From: Vicinamibacterales bacterium | GTDB taxonomy: Bacteria > Acidobacteriota > Vicinamibacteria > Vicinamibacterales > 2-12-FULL-66-21 | Direction: 5' to 3' | Length of the DNA: 52,930 nucleotides | Assembly: GCA_040881785.1 (NCBI GenBank) | Contig: JBBECO010000253.1 | Span: forward strand, 8,968-61,897 | In this document: piece by piece, positions 29,195-38,349 of the stretch | How positions within the stretch are numbered: position 1 is the stretch's first letter | Layout of the letters: every line of letters begins with the position of its first letter | The notes under the pieces: generated by a model | The model's input: only the letters and a program-made list of their open reading frames with translations | What the model was told of the DNA's origin: nothing | Database searches by the model: none | Position numbers and translations under genes: made by a program

Positions 29195-30084
29195 TTGGTC
29201 TTCGGCAGACGCGTCCTCGCGCGCGCGGTCAGGCCGGCCTTCTTCACCGTGACCGCGATCTTTTCCGGGGGAATGAGCGACTCGGGACGGCCGTACGTCA
29301 CGACGTATTGATGGAGCAGTTCGTCGGCGAGCTTGTCGAGCGCGCCGGGGATCGACATCTCGGCCAGCAACTGTTCCCGCCGCCCGCCGGTGGCTTCGGT
29401 GCCTTCCGCGATCACGATGTTCCGGTTCCGGATCTCCTCGGAGGTCCCGCTGGAGGGCGGCCCGATGGCCAGCACGTGCAGCGTGGCGCCGCTCGCGTAC
29501 AGTGCCTCGAGCACCTGCTGGTACGACGCGTTGCTGAACTCCACGCCTTCCATCGTCAGCACGACGATCACGGGGCGGACGGTGTCTCGCTTCTGGAGTC
29601 CGCGGCTCACGTCGACGAGCCCCTCGAGCAGGTACGCCCCCGTCCCCTGGCGCGCAAAGACGCGGGAGACGCCCTTCTTCAGCGCCGCGATGTCGGTGGT
29701 TCGTTCCGCCACCGACGTCGGCCGCTCGCCGACCGTGACGATGCCGATGGCGGCCTTGCCCTGGAGCCGATCGACGAACTTCGCCAGACCGTCGCGGAGG
29801 TAGGGGATCGCGCCGGCGGCCGCCTGGCTGTCATCCACCAGGAGGACGAGATCGAGCGGCTCAGTCGCCGGCACGGCGCGCAGCACCTCGCGGCTGACGC
29901 CGTCCTCGCTGACCGCGAAGTCGGCAGCCGTCAGACCCGTGGCGGCCGCCCCCTTCGCGTCGACGACACTGACGTACACGCTGCGCGACCGGGCGTCGCT
30001 CGCCTGCGGCGGCCGCGGTTCCTGCGCGGCTGTCGAGGCGGCCGCAATGGCGCTAAGCGCTAGCAAATACAGGGTCTTCGTCAT
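29191..30084 (-). CDS. VWA domain protein (divergent, MIDAS incomplete)
   Basis: VYVSVVD.KG, FAVSEDG, LLVDDSQ, ATGG, QYVVTY; translationally coupled to the next VWA gene. Confidence 0.75.
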   Translation of the reverse strand: MTKTLYLLALSAIAAASTAAQEPRPPQASDARSRSVYVSVVDAKGAAATGLTAADFAVSEDGVSREVLRAVPATEPLDLVLLVDDSQAAAGAIPYLRDGLAKFVDRLQGKAAIGIVTVGERPTSVAERTTDIAALKKGVSRVFARQGTGAYLLEGLVDVSRGLQKRDTVRPVIVVLTMEGVEFSNASYQQVLEALYASGATLHVLAIGPPSSGTSEEIRNRNIVIAEGTEATGGRREQLLAEMSIPGALDKLADELLHQYVVTYGRPESLIPPEKIAVTVKKAGLTARARTRLPKTK

Positions 30085-30102
30085 TTGTAGGCCTCTCCGA
30101 GC

Positions 30103-30112
30103 GAGTATACTC
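30103..30112. promoter_or_regulatory. Palindromic bidirectional -10 element GAGTATACTC
   Basis: TATACT on both strands within a 33-bp divergent gap; 6 nt upstream of GTG 30118. Confidence 0.55.
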
Positions 30113-30117
30113 CGACG

Positions 30118-30351
30118 GTGACCGACGACCCCTCCAAACGGTCCGGCCTTGCCGACAGCGTGCGCACGATCGGGGCGCTGAGCACGGTCGGGTTCTCGTT
30201 CGTCCTGGCGATCATGATCGGCGCCGGCGCCGGCTACCTGCTGATGACCCGCTTCGGCCTCGGCAGCTGGGTGTTCTTCCTGGGGTTCGCACTTGGCGTC
30301 GTCGCAGGGATTCTCAACGTCTACCGCGCGGCGGGGCGGTTCCTCAAGTAG
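30118..30351 (+). CDS. AtpZ/AtpI family protein
   Basis: Two TM segments with a G..GY...G pattern; first gene of the Fo cluster. Confidence 0.8.
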   Translation: MTDDPSKRSGLADSVRTIGALSTVGFSFVLAIMIGAGAGYLLMTRFGLGSWVFFLGFALGVVAGILNVYRAAGRFLK

Positions 30352-30356
30352 ACGCT

Positions 30357-30737
30357 GTGGATCCGCTCGTGAGGCGCATCGGGCGGGATTCGATCCTCAT
30401 CTGTCTGGGGGCGGCGGGGGCGGCGCAGTGGTTGTCCGGCTGGACCCTGGCCTCCGGGGTGCTCGGCGGCGGCCTGCTGATTGCGATCAGCTTCTATACG
30501 CTCGGGCATGGCGTGGCGGCGATCGTCCTTCAGGCGACGGGCGGAGGGTCGAGCCGGCGGGCGGTGGCGGGAGCGGTCGCGAAACTGGTGCTTCGCTACG
30601 CTTTACTCGGTTTTCTGGCGTACGTTATGATTGCGCGTTTGCGCCTGCACCCGATGGGGCTGCTGGTGGGCGCATCATCAGTGACCGCGGCCGCGTTCGT
30701 CGAAGCGGTCCGCCTTCTCGCGAAGAATCGTCCGTGA
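30357..30737 (+). CDS. atpI: ATP synthase subunit I
   Basis: About 4 TM segments, LRYALLG; directly upstream of atpB. Confidence 0.75.
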   Translation: MDPLVRRIGRDSILICLGAAGAAQWLSGWTLASGVLGGGLLIAISFYTLGHGVAAIVLQATGGGSSRRAVAGAVAKLVLRYALLGFLAYVMIARLRLHPMGLLVGASSVTAAAFVEAVRLLAKNRP

Positions 30738-30777
30738 TGTCCGGACCCGGGCCAAGCCCGGCCGGGCGAGAGTCTGA

Positions 30778-31593
30778 ATGGCCGCATCTGCAATAGAACA
30801 TCCTCTGTTGATCGTCGACGCCGTGAACGCGACCCTCGGGCCGGTCGTGCTGAAGGCGGGCGAGGCGGTCGGCTATCACTTCGAGAATCCGGCCGAACCG
30901 ATCCCCAACTACATGGTGATGATCGGCCTGATCACCGTCGTCATCACGGGTGTCGGGCTCCTGATCCGGTCGCGCCTCAGTGTCGAGAATCCCGGGAAGT
31001 TCCAGATCCTCCTGGAGGACGGCATAAACGCCGTCAAAGGACTACTGGAAGAGTGGATCGGGCCGTCCGGCGCGCGCTTTCTGCCGCTCATTGCGACGCT
31101 CGGCCTGTTCATCCTGATGGGCAACTACATGGGCCTGGTGCCGGGCCTGATGGCGCCGACGAGCAGCATCAATACGACGCTCGGCTGCGCGATCACCATC
31201 TGGGTCTACTACCACTACCAGGGCATCAAGGCGCAGGGGATCGGCGCATATCTGAAACACTTTGCCGTGCCGCCTGGCGCCCCGATCTTCATTGCGCCGA
31301 TCATGCTGCCGATCGAGCTGATCAGCCACTTCTCGCGCGTGATGTCGCTGTCGCTCCGGTTGTTCGGCAATGTGTTTGGCGAGGAGCTGGTCATTGCCAT
31401 CCTGTTCATGATCATTCCCTTCCTGGTGCCGCTGCCGATGATGCTGCTCGGCCTGGTGACCGGGGGCCTGCAGGCGTTCATCTTCATGCTGCTGTCGATC
31501 ATCTACCTGCAGGGCGCCGTGGCGGTGGAGCACCACCACGACGAGCACGGACATGATGCGCCGCATGGACATCAGGCGCCCGCAGCGGCGTGA
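30778..31593 (+). CDS. atpB: F0 ATP synthase subunit a
   Basis: PGKFQ..LE, N.MGLVPG, PTSSIN, SRVMSLSLRLFGN, LQAFIF. Confidence 0.96.
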   Translation: MAASAIEHPLLIVDAVNATLGPVVLKAGEAVGYHFENPAEPIPNYMVMIGLITVVITGVGLLIRSRLSVENPGKFQILLEDGINAVKGLLEEWIGPSGARFLPLIATLGLFILMGNYMGLVPGLMAPTSSINTTLGCAITIWVYYHYQGIKAQGIGAYLKHFAVPPGAPIFIAPIMLPIELISHFSRVMSLSLRLFGNVFGEELVIAILFMIIPFLVPLPMMLLGLVTGGLQAFIFMLLSIIYLQGAVAVEHHHDEHGHDAPHGHQAPAAA

Positions 31594-31658
31594 TCCGCGG
31601 GTCGCATCGGATTCATCGTTCGTCATTTTTGATTGGTCGTTCAGAGGAGGCTGGGATC

Positions 31659-31997
31659 GTGAGTAAACGTTCAGTTCTGACAACCGCTCTCGTGATCGTC
31701 GCGGGCGCATTCTTCGCACCCGTCTACGCGCAGGAGGCCGTGAAGCTCGCGGACTCGAACCCGGACGTCGCGAGGTGGTCGATCATCACGGCCGGCTTCG
31801 CGCTGGCGTTCGCGGCGGGTCTCGCGGCGCTCGCGCAGGGCCGGGCCGTCGCGTCGGCCAGCGAGGCGATCGCGCGCAATCCCGGCGCGGCCGGCGACAT
31901 CCGCGGCGCGCTGCTGATCGGCCTCGTGCTGATCGAGTCCCTCGCGATCTACGTCCTGCTGATCGCGCTGATCCTGTTCTTCATCAAGCCCTTCTAA
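31659..31997 (+). CDS. atpE: F0 ATP synthase subunit c with N-terminal extension
   Basis: GAGGAGG SD and GTG start; AQG, IARNP loop, LIESLAIY. Confidence 0.95.
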   Translation: MSKRSVLTTALVIVAGAFFAPVYAQEAVKLADSNPDVARWSIITAGFALAFAAGLAALAQGRAVASASEAIARNPGAAGDIRGALLIGLVLIESLAIYVLLIALILFFIKPF

Positions 31998-32073
31998 GGC
32001 TCGATCGAACCAGAGACCGTACGACGGGCAGGGAGGCGTTGCGCGCCTTCCTGCCCGAACGTCCGTTCCCCCC

Positions 32074-32997
32074 GTGGCTTCCCGCCGCTTTTCGTTCATC
32101 GACGTCCTGCTGCTCCTGATGACCATCATCTGGGGCACGAACTTCTCGATCGTCAAACATGCGTTCGTCCAGATGGATCCGCAGGCGTTCAATGCCGTGC
32201 GGATGCTCGTGGCCTCGGCCGCCTTTCTGACGATCATCGTGGCCGCCCGCCGGCTGCGGGGATCCGGCGGCAGGCTCGTCAGCGTCGTCGTCACGCCGGC
32301 GCCGATTACGCGGCGCGACTGGATGACCCTGGCGCTGCTCGGGCTGATCGGGCATGCGGGGTACCAGTTCTTCTTCATCGGGGGCCTCGCCCGGACGAGC
32401 GTCGCGAACAGTTCGCTGATGCTCGCCGCCACGCCCGTCGTCATCGCCATGATCTCGGCGGCCCTGGGGCACGAGCGGATCGGCCGGCTGCACTGGCTCG
32501 GGGCGGCGCTGTCGATGTTCGGCATCTACCTGGTCGTCGGCCACGGGGCGCGCAGCGGCGGTTCGAGCGTCACCGGCGACGCCATGATGTTCGGCGGCGT
32601 GATCTGCTGGGCGATCTACACGCTGGGGAGCCGCCATCTCATGCTGCGACATTCACCCGTGGGGGTGACGGGCGTGTCGATGGCGATCGGCACGCTGATC
32701 TACGTCCCGCTGGTGGCAGGGAAGGTGCTGGCGACCGACTGGGGCGCCGTGACCGGAAGCACATGGTTCGCGCTGATCTACTCGGCCCTCTTTGCGCTCT
32801 TCGTGGCGTACACGATCTGGTACGTCGCGGTCCGCGAGATCGGCAGCGCGCGCACCGCCGTGTATTCGAATCTCGTCCCGATCGTCGCGATGGTGACGGC
32901 GGTGGTGATGCTGGGGGAGCGGCTGACCGTCACGCGGCTCCTGGGGGCGGCCGCGGTGCTGCTGGGGGTGGCGTTGACGCGAGTTGGGCGGCGGTAA
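32074..32997 (+). CDS. EamA/DMT family transporter
   Basis: IWGTNF, ALGHER, WAIYT, Y.NLVP, LGERL; about 10 TM segments in two repeats. Confidence 0.9.
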   Translation: MASRRFSFIDVLLLLMTIIWGTNFSIVKHAFVQMDPQAFNAVRMLVASAAFLTIIVAARRLRGSGGRLVSVVVTPAPITRRDWMTLALLGLIGHAGYQFFFIGGLARTSVANSSLMLAATPVVIAMISAALGHERIGRLHWLGAALSMFGIYLVVGHGARSGGSSVTGDAMMFGGVICWAIYTLGSRHLMLRHSPVGVTGVSMAIGTLIYVPLVAGKVLATDWGAVTGSTWFALIYSALFALFVAYTIWYVAVREIGSARTAVYSNLVPIVAMVTAVVMLGERLTVTRLLGAAAVLLGVALTRVGRR

Positions 32998-33066
32998 CGG
33001 AGGGGGCGGAGGGAACGGAGTTTTTTCACAACGGAGGAACGAAGAAAACGGAGACACGAACGGAGG
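32874..33066 (+). repeat. Direct repeat copy 1: EamA 3' end plus ACGGAG arm
   Basis: Collinear with 39236-39426. Confidence 0.9.
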
Positions 33067-33127
33067 ACAATTTTTCAAACCGTGCGGGAACCCGACCAGC
33101 CCGCATCGACGGTCCCCGGGGTTGGGA

Positions 33128-33538
33128 TTACACTTGCCCATGAATCCTTGCAATGCCGCAGGCTTGGCCGCCGCGGCTGTGGCGGCCCTCACGGTCGTCG
33201 TTCCAGCGCAGCGGATCGCCGATCCGAACTTCGACACAACGATCGCCAAGCCCGCGTACGCGACCCGAGGCCCGCGCGTCCTCTTCGACGAGGCGCATCG
33301 GCAAGCGACGAAGGTCGACATCGTTGGCGTCGCGGCGGTCGGAGACGCGCGCGACGCGCACCTGTGCGTCTGACCGGCTGCCGGGATGGGCCTCCAGGTA
33401 CGCGGTCAACAGGACTCGAATTGCGCGTTCAGCCTGGGCATGACTGTCCGCCGCGACATAGACCGGCAGGCCGGGCACGTAGGCGCTCACGGCGCCGCTC
33501 GCCTCGGTCTCGAAGACAATTGGATAGTGGACCGTCAT
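33128..33538 (-). CDS. HicB-like antitoxin with disrupted C-terminus
   Basis: MTVHYPIVFETEASGAVSAYVPGLP..AADS..AERAIR matches the HicB N-terminal pattern; ATGA overlap with a HicA-like stop. Confidence 0.7.
   Translation of the reverse strand: MTVHYPIVFETEASGAVSAYVPGLPVYVAADSHAQAERAIRVLLTAYLEAHPGSRSDAQVRVARVSDRRDANDVDLRRLPMRLVEEDARASGRVRGLGDRCVEVRIGDPLRWNDDREGRHSRGGQACGIARIHGQV
33140..33298 (+). pseudogene. 5' fragment of an exported protein (DUF4350/GATase-like N-terminus)
   Basis: Signal peptide then ADPNFDT.IAKPAY...GPRVLFDEAH, after which it runs into hicB on the opposite strand; family assignment from memory. Confidence 0.5.
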
Positions 33539-33680
33539 GCGACACCTGCCTCGCGCAGGATGCGGTTGCCCAGCCGCCCGGCGTCCTTCTTCGCGTGAAC
33601 GGCAACCCAGCACGTGCCCGCCATTGGCGCTCCATTTGCTCCGGTGGCCCCTGGCTCGCTGAAAACCGGCGAGATCCACG
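33535..33680 (-). pseudogene. HicA-like toxin remnant
   Basis: C-terminus WVAVHAKKDAGRLGNRILREAGVA* is HicA-like; the upstream AGF...GH segment is in another frame; 5' boundary approximate. Confidence 0.55.
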
Positions 33681-33749
33681 GCCTGCTGACGGCATCCCGG
33701 CAGCCAGCCCGCCGTGCGCCGTGCCGACTGCCGGAAATCCAGAGGCCCC

Positions 33750-34889
33750 ATGGCGAAGCATCGGATTGCGTGGCTCCCCGGCGACGGTATCGGCGTGGAC
33801 GTGCTCGATGCCGCCCGCCTCGTGCTGGACGGCATCGACCTGGACGCGGAATACGTCCATGGCGACATCGGGTGGGAGTTCTGGCGCCGCGAAGGTGACG
33901 CCCTGCCGGAGCGGACGATCGAGCTGTTGGGCTCGGTCAATACGGCGCTGTTCGGGGCGATCACGTCCAAGCCGGCGCGACAGGCCGAAGCGGAACTCCC
34001 GAGCGGCCTCCGCGGCCATGGGCGCGTGTACCGCTCGCCCATCGTCCGGATGCGCCAGCTGTTCGACCTCTATGTCTGCCTGCGGCCCTGCAAGACCTAT
34101 CCGGGCAGCCCGCTGAACTACAAGGAGAATATCGACCTCGTGGTGTTCCGCGAGAACACCGAGGACCTGTACGCCGGCGTCGAGTTCAGCCCGGTACCGA
34201 CGGCGCTGGCCGACATGCTCGAGTCGATCTCGACGCCGTTCGCGCCGTTCGCACGCCTCTCAGGCGACCAGTACGCCATCTCCTGCAAGATCAACACGAA
34301 ACACGGCTCCGAGCGCATCGTCCGCGCGGCCTTCGACTACGCGCGTGCGCGGGGGCGCCACAAGGTGACCGTCGTCCACAAGGCCAACGTCGTGCGCGCC
34401 ACCGACGGGCTCTTCCTCGAGGCCGCACGTGACGTGGCGCGGGACTTCCCCGAGATCACGTTCGACGAAGCGAACGTCGACGCCATCACGATGTGGCTGC
34501 TGAAGGACCCGCACAACTACGACGTGCTGGTCGCGCCGAACCTGTACGGCGACATCATCTCGGACCTGTGCGCCCAGATGGTCGGCGGCCTCGGGTTCGG
34601 GTGCTCGGCGAACATCGGGAAGACGCTGGCCGTGTTCGAGCCCACGCACGGCTCGGCGCCGAAGTACGCCGGGCAGTACAAGGTCAACCCGCTCGCGACC
34701 ATCCTGACGCTGGTGATGATGCTCGACTGGCTCGGCGAGACCGACAAGGCCCGCCGGCTCGAGCTGGCGGTCGCGACGGTGCTGGCCGAGGGCCAGGTTC
34801 GGACGTACGACATGGGCGGCCCGAACTCGACGCTCGAGATGGCTGCCGCCGTCTGCGCGGCCATCCCCGAACCCGCGATGATCGCCTGA
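33750..34889 (+). CDS. Isocitrate/isopropylmalate/homoisocitrate family beta-decarboxylating dehydrogenase
   Basis: LPGDGIG, LFGAITS, SPIVRMR, RENTEDLY, HKANV, NLYGDIISD, FEPTHGSAPKYAG. Confidence 0.92.
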   Translation: MAKHRIAWLPGDGIGVDVLDAARLVLDGIDLDAEYVHGDIGWEFWRREGDALPERTIELLGSVNTALFGAITSKPARQAEAELPSGLRGHGRVYRSPIVRMRQLFDLYVCLRPCKTYPGSPLNYKENIDLVVFRENTEDLYAGVEFSPVPTALADMLESISTPFAPFARLSGDQYAISCKINTKHGSERIVRAAFDYARARGRHKVTVVHKANVVRATDGLFLEAARDVARDFPEITFDEANVDAITMWLLKDPHNYDVLVAPNLYGDIISDLCAQMVGGLGFGCSANIGKTLAVFEPTHGSAPKYAGQYKVNPLATILTLVMMLDWLGETDKARRLELAVATVLAEGQVRTYDMGGPNSTLEMAAAVCAAIPEPAMIA

Positions 34890-34908
34890 TACGTGCCACG
34901 CACGTCGC

Positions 34909-35823
34909 ATGGATTCCGAGATGCCCACTGTTCTCATTCACGAAGTCGGGATGCGCGACGGCCTTCAGGTCGAGCAGGCGATCGTGCCGATCGAACGGAA
35001 GTTCGCGTGGATCGAGGCGCTCGTCGCCTCGGGCGTGGACGTCGTGCAGGCAGGCTCGTTCGTCAACCCGGCGGTCGTGCCGCAGATGGCCGACACCGAT
35101 GCCGTGTTCCGTCACTTCAACGGACGGCGGACAGGAAAGACGAGGCTGTCGGCGCTCGTGCTCAACGAGAAGGGGCTCGACCGGGGCCTCGCGGCCGGCG
35201 TTACGTTCTTCTGCATGGGCGTGTCGGCGAGCGACACGCACAGCCGGAAGAACACCGGCCTTGGCACCGCGGACGCCATGACCCGCGTGCTCGGGGCCGC
35301 ACGCCGCGCGGTTGACGCGGGGGTGACGGTTCAGCTGTCGGTGCAGTCGGCGTTCGGCTGCGGCTACGAGGGCGCCATCCCGATGTCGCGCGTGCTCGAG
35401 ATGGCCCAGCTCTACCTCGACGCCGGCTTCCGCACCGTCAGCCTCGCCGACACCGCCGGGCATGCGACGCCGGACCGCGTAAAGATGGTGTTCGAGCGGC
35501 TGATGACCTCGGCGCCTGACGCCTCGTTCGCCTGCCACTTTCACGATGCCTACGGCCTCGCCATGGCGAACGCGTGCGCCGCGCTGGAGATGGGCGTCCG
35601 CTCGTTCGAGACCGCATTCGCCGGCCTTGGCGGCTGCCCCTTCACTGCCGTCGCGTCTGGCAATCTGTGCACCGAGGACTTCGTGCACATGCTCCAGATG
35701 CAGCACCTGCGGACCGACATCGACCTGGCGCCGCTCGTCGACCTGGCGCGCGAGGCCGAGGCATTCTTCGAGCGTCTGCTGCCGGGCAACGTGTATCGCG
35801 TGGGGGCCCGGCAATGCCAGTGA
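34909..35823 (+). CDS. HMG-CoA lyase-like DRE-TIM acyl-CoA lyase
   Basis: EVGMRDGLQ, SLADTAG, HFHD, GLGGCPF, GNLCTED; about 300 aa with no regulatory domain. Confidence 0.88.
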   Translation: MDSEMPTVLIHEVGMRDGLQVEQAIVPIERKFAWIEALVASGVDVVQAGSFVNPAVVPQMADTDAVFRHFNGRRTGKTRLSALVLNEKGLDRGLAAGVTFFCMGVSASDTHSRKNTGLGTADAMTRVLGAARRAVDAGVTVQLSVQSAFGCGYEGAIPMSRVLEMAQLYLDAGFRTVSLADTAGHATPDRVKMVFERLMTSAPDASFACHFHDAYGLAMANACAALEMGVRSFETAFAGLGGCPFTAVASGNLCTEDFVHMLQMQHLRTDIDLAPLVDLAREAEAFFERLLPGNVYRVGARQCQ

Positions 35824-37046
35824 GACTGCTCGACGGCATCCGCGTGCTCGACCTCACGAACGTGCTGGCGGGGCCGTTCGCCACTGCCCACCTCGCGCTG
35901 CTCGGCGCCGACGTGATCAAGATCGAGAACCCGGACGACGGGGACCTGGCGCGGAAGCTGGGCGCGGTGCCGGCGCTCAACGCGGCGCTGATGGGGACGA
36001 GCTTTCTCGCGCAGAACGCCAACAAGCGATCGCTCACGCTGAACCTGAAGGACGAGGCCGCGCGCGGGATCTTTCGCCGGCTCGTCCGCGACGCGGACGT
36101 CCTCGTCGAGAACTTCCGGCCCGGCGTGATGGCGCGCCTGGGCCTGTCGTGGGAGGCGCTGCGCGAGCTGAACCCGCGGCTCGTCTACTGCGCCATCTCC
36201 GGCTTCGGGCAGGATGGGCCAGACGCGCACAAGCCCGCGTACGACCAGATCATCCAGGGCCTGAGCGGCGTGATGGCCATCAACGGTGACGAGCGGCTCA
36301 ACCCGCTGCGCTGCGGCTTCCCGGTCTGCGACACGGTCGGCGGCCTCAACGCGGCGTTCGCCATCATGGGCGCGCTCTACCACCGCGAGCGGTCGGGCCA
36401 CGGCCAGTTCATCGACATCGCGCTGCTCGACTCCATCCTGCCGCTGCTCGGGTGGGTCGCGGCCAACTGGCTCATCGGGAAGCAGCCGCCGGTGCCGATG
36501 GGCAACGACAACTTCACGGCCGCCCCGTCCGGCACGTTCGTCACCGCCGACGGCCATATCAACATCGCGGCGAATCAGCAGGCGCACTGGGAGAGCGTGG
36601 CGGATATTCTCGGCGTGCCGGAGCTGAAGCACGATCCGCGTTTCGCGGCACGCGACGCCCGCAACCGCAACCGCGCCGCGCTCACGCCGCTGCTCGAGGC
36701 GAAGCTCGTGGAACGCCCGACGCACGAGTGGGTGGACCGGCTGACGCGCGCGGGCGTGCCGGCCGGCGGCATCCCGACGCTTCAGGAGGCGCTGGAGTCG
36801 CCGCAGATCGCGCACCGTGGCACCTTCCAGACCGTCCACGCCCCGGGCATCGGCGACCTGCGGCTGTTCACGATGACCGCGAAGTTCGAGCGCACACCCG
36901 GCTCGATCGACACCCCGCCCCCGCGACTCGGCGCCGACACCGACGTCGTCCTCCGCGAGGCGGGTTATTCGCCGGAGGAGATCGACGCCTTCCGCGAAGC
37001 CGGCGCGATCGGAAGCCCGGCAGTCAACGCGCCGATGACCCGATGA
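35814..37046 (+). CDS. CaiB/BaiF family III CoA-transferase
   Basis: LDGIRVLDLT..LAGP, LGADVIKIE, NANKRS, DVLVENFRPG, SGFGQDGP, catalytic YD, PPRLG. Confidence 0.93.
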   Translation: MPVRLLDGIRVLDLTNVLAGPFATAHLALLGADVIKIENPDDGDLARKLGAVPALNAALMGTSFLAQNANKRSLTLNLKDEAARGIFRRLVRDADVLVENFRPGVMARLGLSWEALRELNPRLVYCAISGFGQDGPDAHKPAYDQIIQGLSGVMAINGDERLNPLRCGFPVCDTVGGLNAAFAIMGALYHRERSGHGQFIDIALLDSILPLLGWVAANWLIGKQPPVPMGNDNFTAAPSGTFVTADGHINIAANQQAHWESVADILGVPELKHDPRFAARDARNRNRAALTPLLEAKLVERPTHEWVDRLTRAGVPAGGIPTLQEALESPQIAHRGTFQTVHAPGIGDLRLFTMTAKFERTPGSIDTPPPRLGADTDVVLREAGYSPEEIDAFREAGAIGSPAVNAPMTR

Positions 37047-38341
37047 CCCGATGGACCGATGATATGACTATTGCCCAGAAGATCCTCGCCCGCGCCAGCG
37101 GGCGCCCGCACGTCGCCGTCGGCGACGTCGTCGAGCCGGCCGTCGACCTCGCGATGTCACACGAGAACGCCGCGCTCGTGATCAACCAGTTCGCCGGGAT
37201 GTTCGAGGGAACGAGCCGCGAGCCGAGGGTCTGGGATCCGGAACGGATCGCCATCGTCTTCGACCACCGCGTCCCGGCCGAGAGCGCGAAGACCGCGACC
37301 AACCAGAAGCGGGTCCGCGAGTTCGTGCGGCAGCAGGGGATCGCGAAGTTCCACGACATCCGCGGCGACGAGGGGGGCATCTGCCACCAGATCCTCGCCG
37401 AGTCGGGCTACGACCGCCCGGGCGCCGTCATCGTCGGCACCGACAGCCACACGACGACGCACGGCGCGTTCGGCGCCTTTGCGTTCGGGATCGGCGCGAC
37501 CGAGATGGCGGCCGTGTGGGCGCTGGGGCGCGTGCTGAACGTCGAAGTGCCGGCCACGATCAAGGTCGTCGTGCGCGGCGCGCTGCCGCGCGGCGTCGAA
37601 CCGAAGGACGTCGTGCTGCGCCTCATCGGCCAGATCGGCGCCGAGGGGGCGAACTACCGTGTCCTCGAGTTCCACGGCGACACGATCGCCCGCCTGCCGA
37701 TGTCGGGCCGCCTGGTGCTGTGCAACATGGCCGTCGAGGCGGGGGCGACATCCGGGATTGTGCCCGCCGACGAGGTCACGCTGCACTACCTGCGGGCCGA
37801 GTGCGGCGTGACGGACCCGGTGGAGATCGCGCCGCCCGGCGGGGGCGCCGAGTACGAGCGGGTCGTGGAGGTCGATGCCGGGAACCTGGCTCCGCAGGTC
37901 GCGTGCCCCCACACGGTCGATCGCGTGAAGCCGGTCACCGACGTCGCCGGCACGCGCGTCGACCAGATTGTGATCGGCTCGTGCACGAACGGGCGGCTGG
38001 ACGACCTCGAGACGGCCGCGACGATCGTCGCCGGCCATCACATCGCGCGCGACGTGCGCATGCTCGTCTTCCCCGCGTCCTGGCGCATCTACCGCGAGGC
38101 GATGCGGCGCGGGTATCTGGAAACGCTGACGCACGCCGGCGCCGTCGTCATGAACCCGGGCTGCGGTTGCTGCCTCGGCGTGCACCAGGGGGCGCTCGGC
38201 GACGGCGAGGTCGCGCTGTCGACGACGAACCGGAACTTCAAGGGGCGGATGGGCAATCCGAAGGCGGATGTTTACTTGTGCTCGCCCGCCGTCGCCGCCG
38301 CCAGCGCCCTCACCGGCGTCATCACCGATCCGCGCGGGTGA
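37043..38341 (+). CDS. LeuC/HacA-like aconitase-family large subunit
   Basis: MTIAQKIL, FDH, GICHQ, GTDSHT.T.GA, CNM.VEAGA, IGSCTNGR, PGCGCC, STTNRNF.GRMG; alternative start at 37064. Confidence 0.93.
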   Translation: MTRWTDDMTIAQKILARASGRPHVAVGDVVEPAVDLAMSHENAALVINQFAGMFEGTSREPRVWDPERIAIVFDHRVPAESAKTATNQKRVREFVRQQGIAKFHDIRGDEGGICHQILAESGYDRPGAVIVGTDSHTTTHGAFGAFAFGIGATEMAAVWALGRVLNVEVPATIKVVVRGALPRGVEPKDVVLRLIGQIGAEGANYRVLEFHGDTIARLPMSGRLVLCNMAVEAGATSGIVPADEVTLHYLRAECGVTDPVEIAPPGGGAEYERVVEVDAGNLAPQVACPHTVDRVKPVTDVAGTRVDQIVIGSCTNGRLDDLETAATIVAGHHIARDVRMLVFPASWRIYREAMRRGYLETLTHAGAVVMNPGCGCCLGVHQGALGDGEVALSTTNRNFKGRMGNPKADVYLCSPAVAAASALTGVITDPRG

Positions 38342-38349
38342 GGTCCTAC

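Noticed and set aside
34909-35823. LeuA/CimA/homocitrate synthase
   Set aside because: GLGGCPF and the ~300-aa length fit the HMG-CoA lyase branch; synthases have GxGERxGN and extra C-terminal domains.
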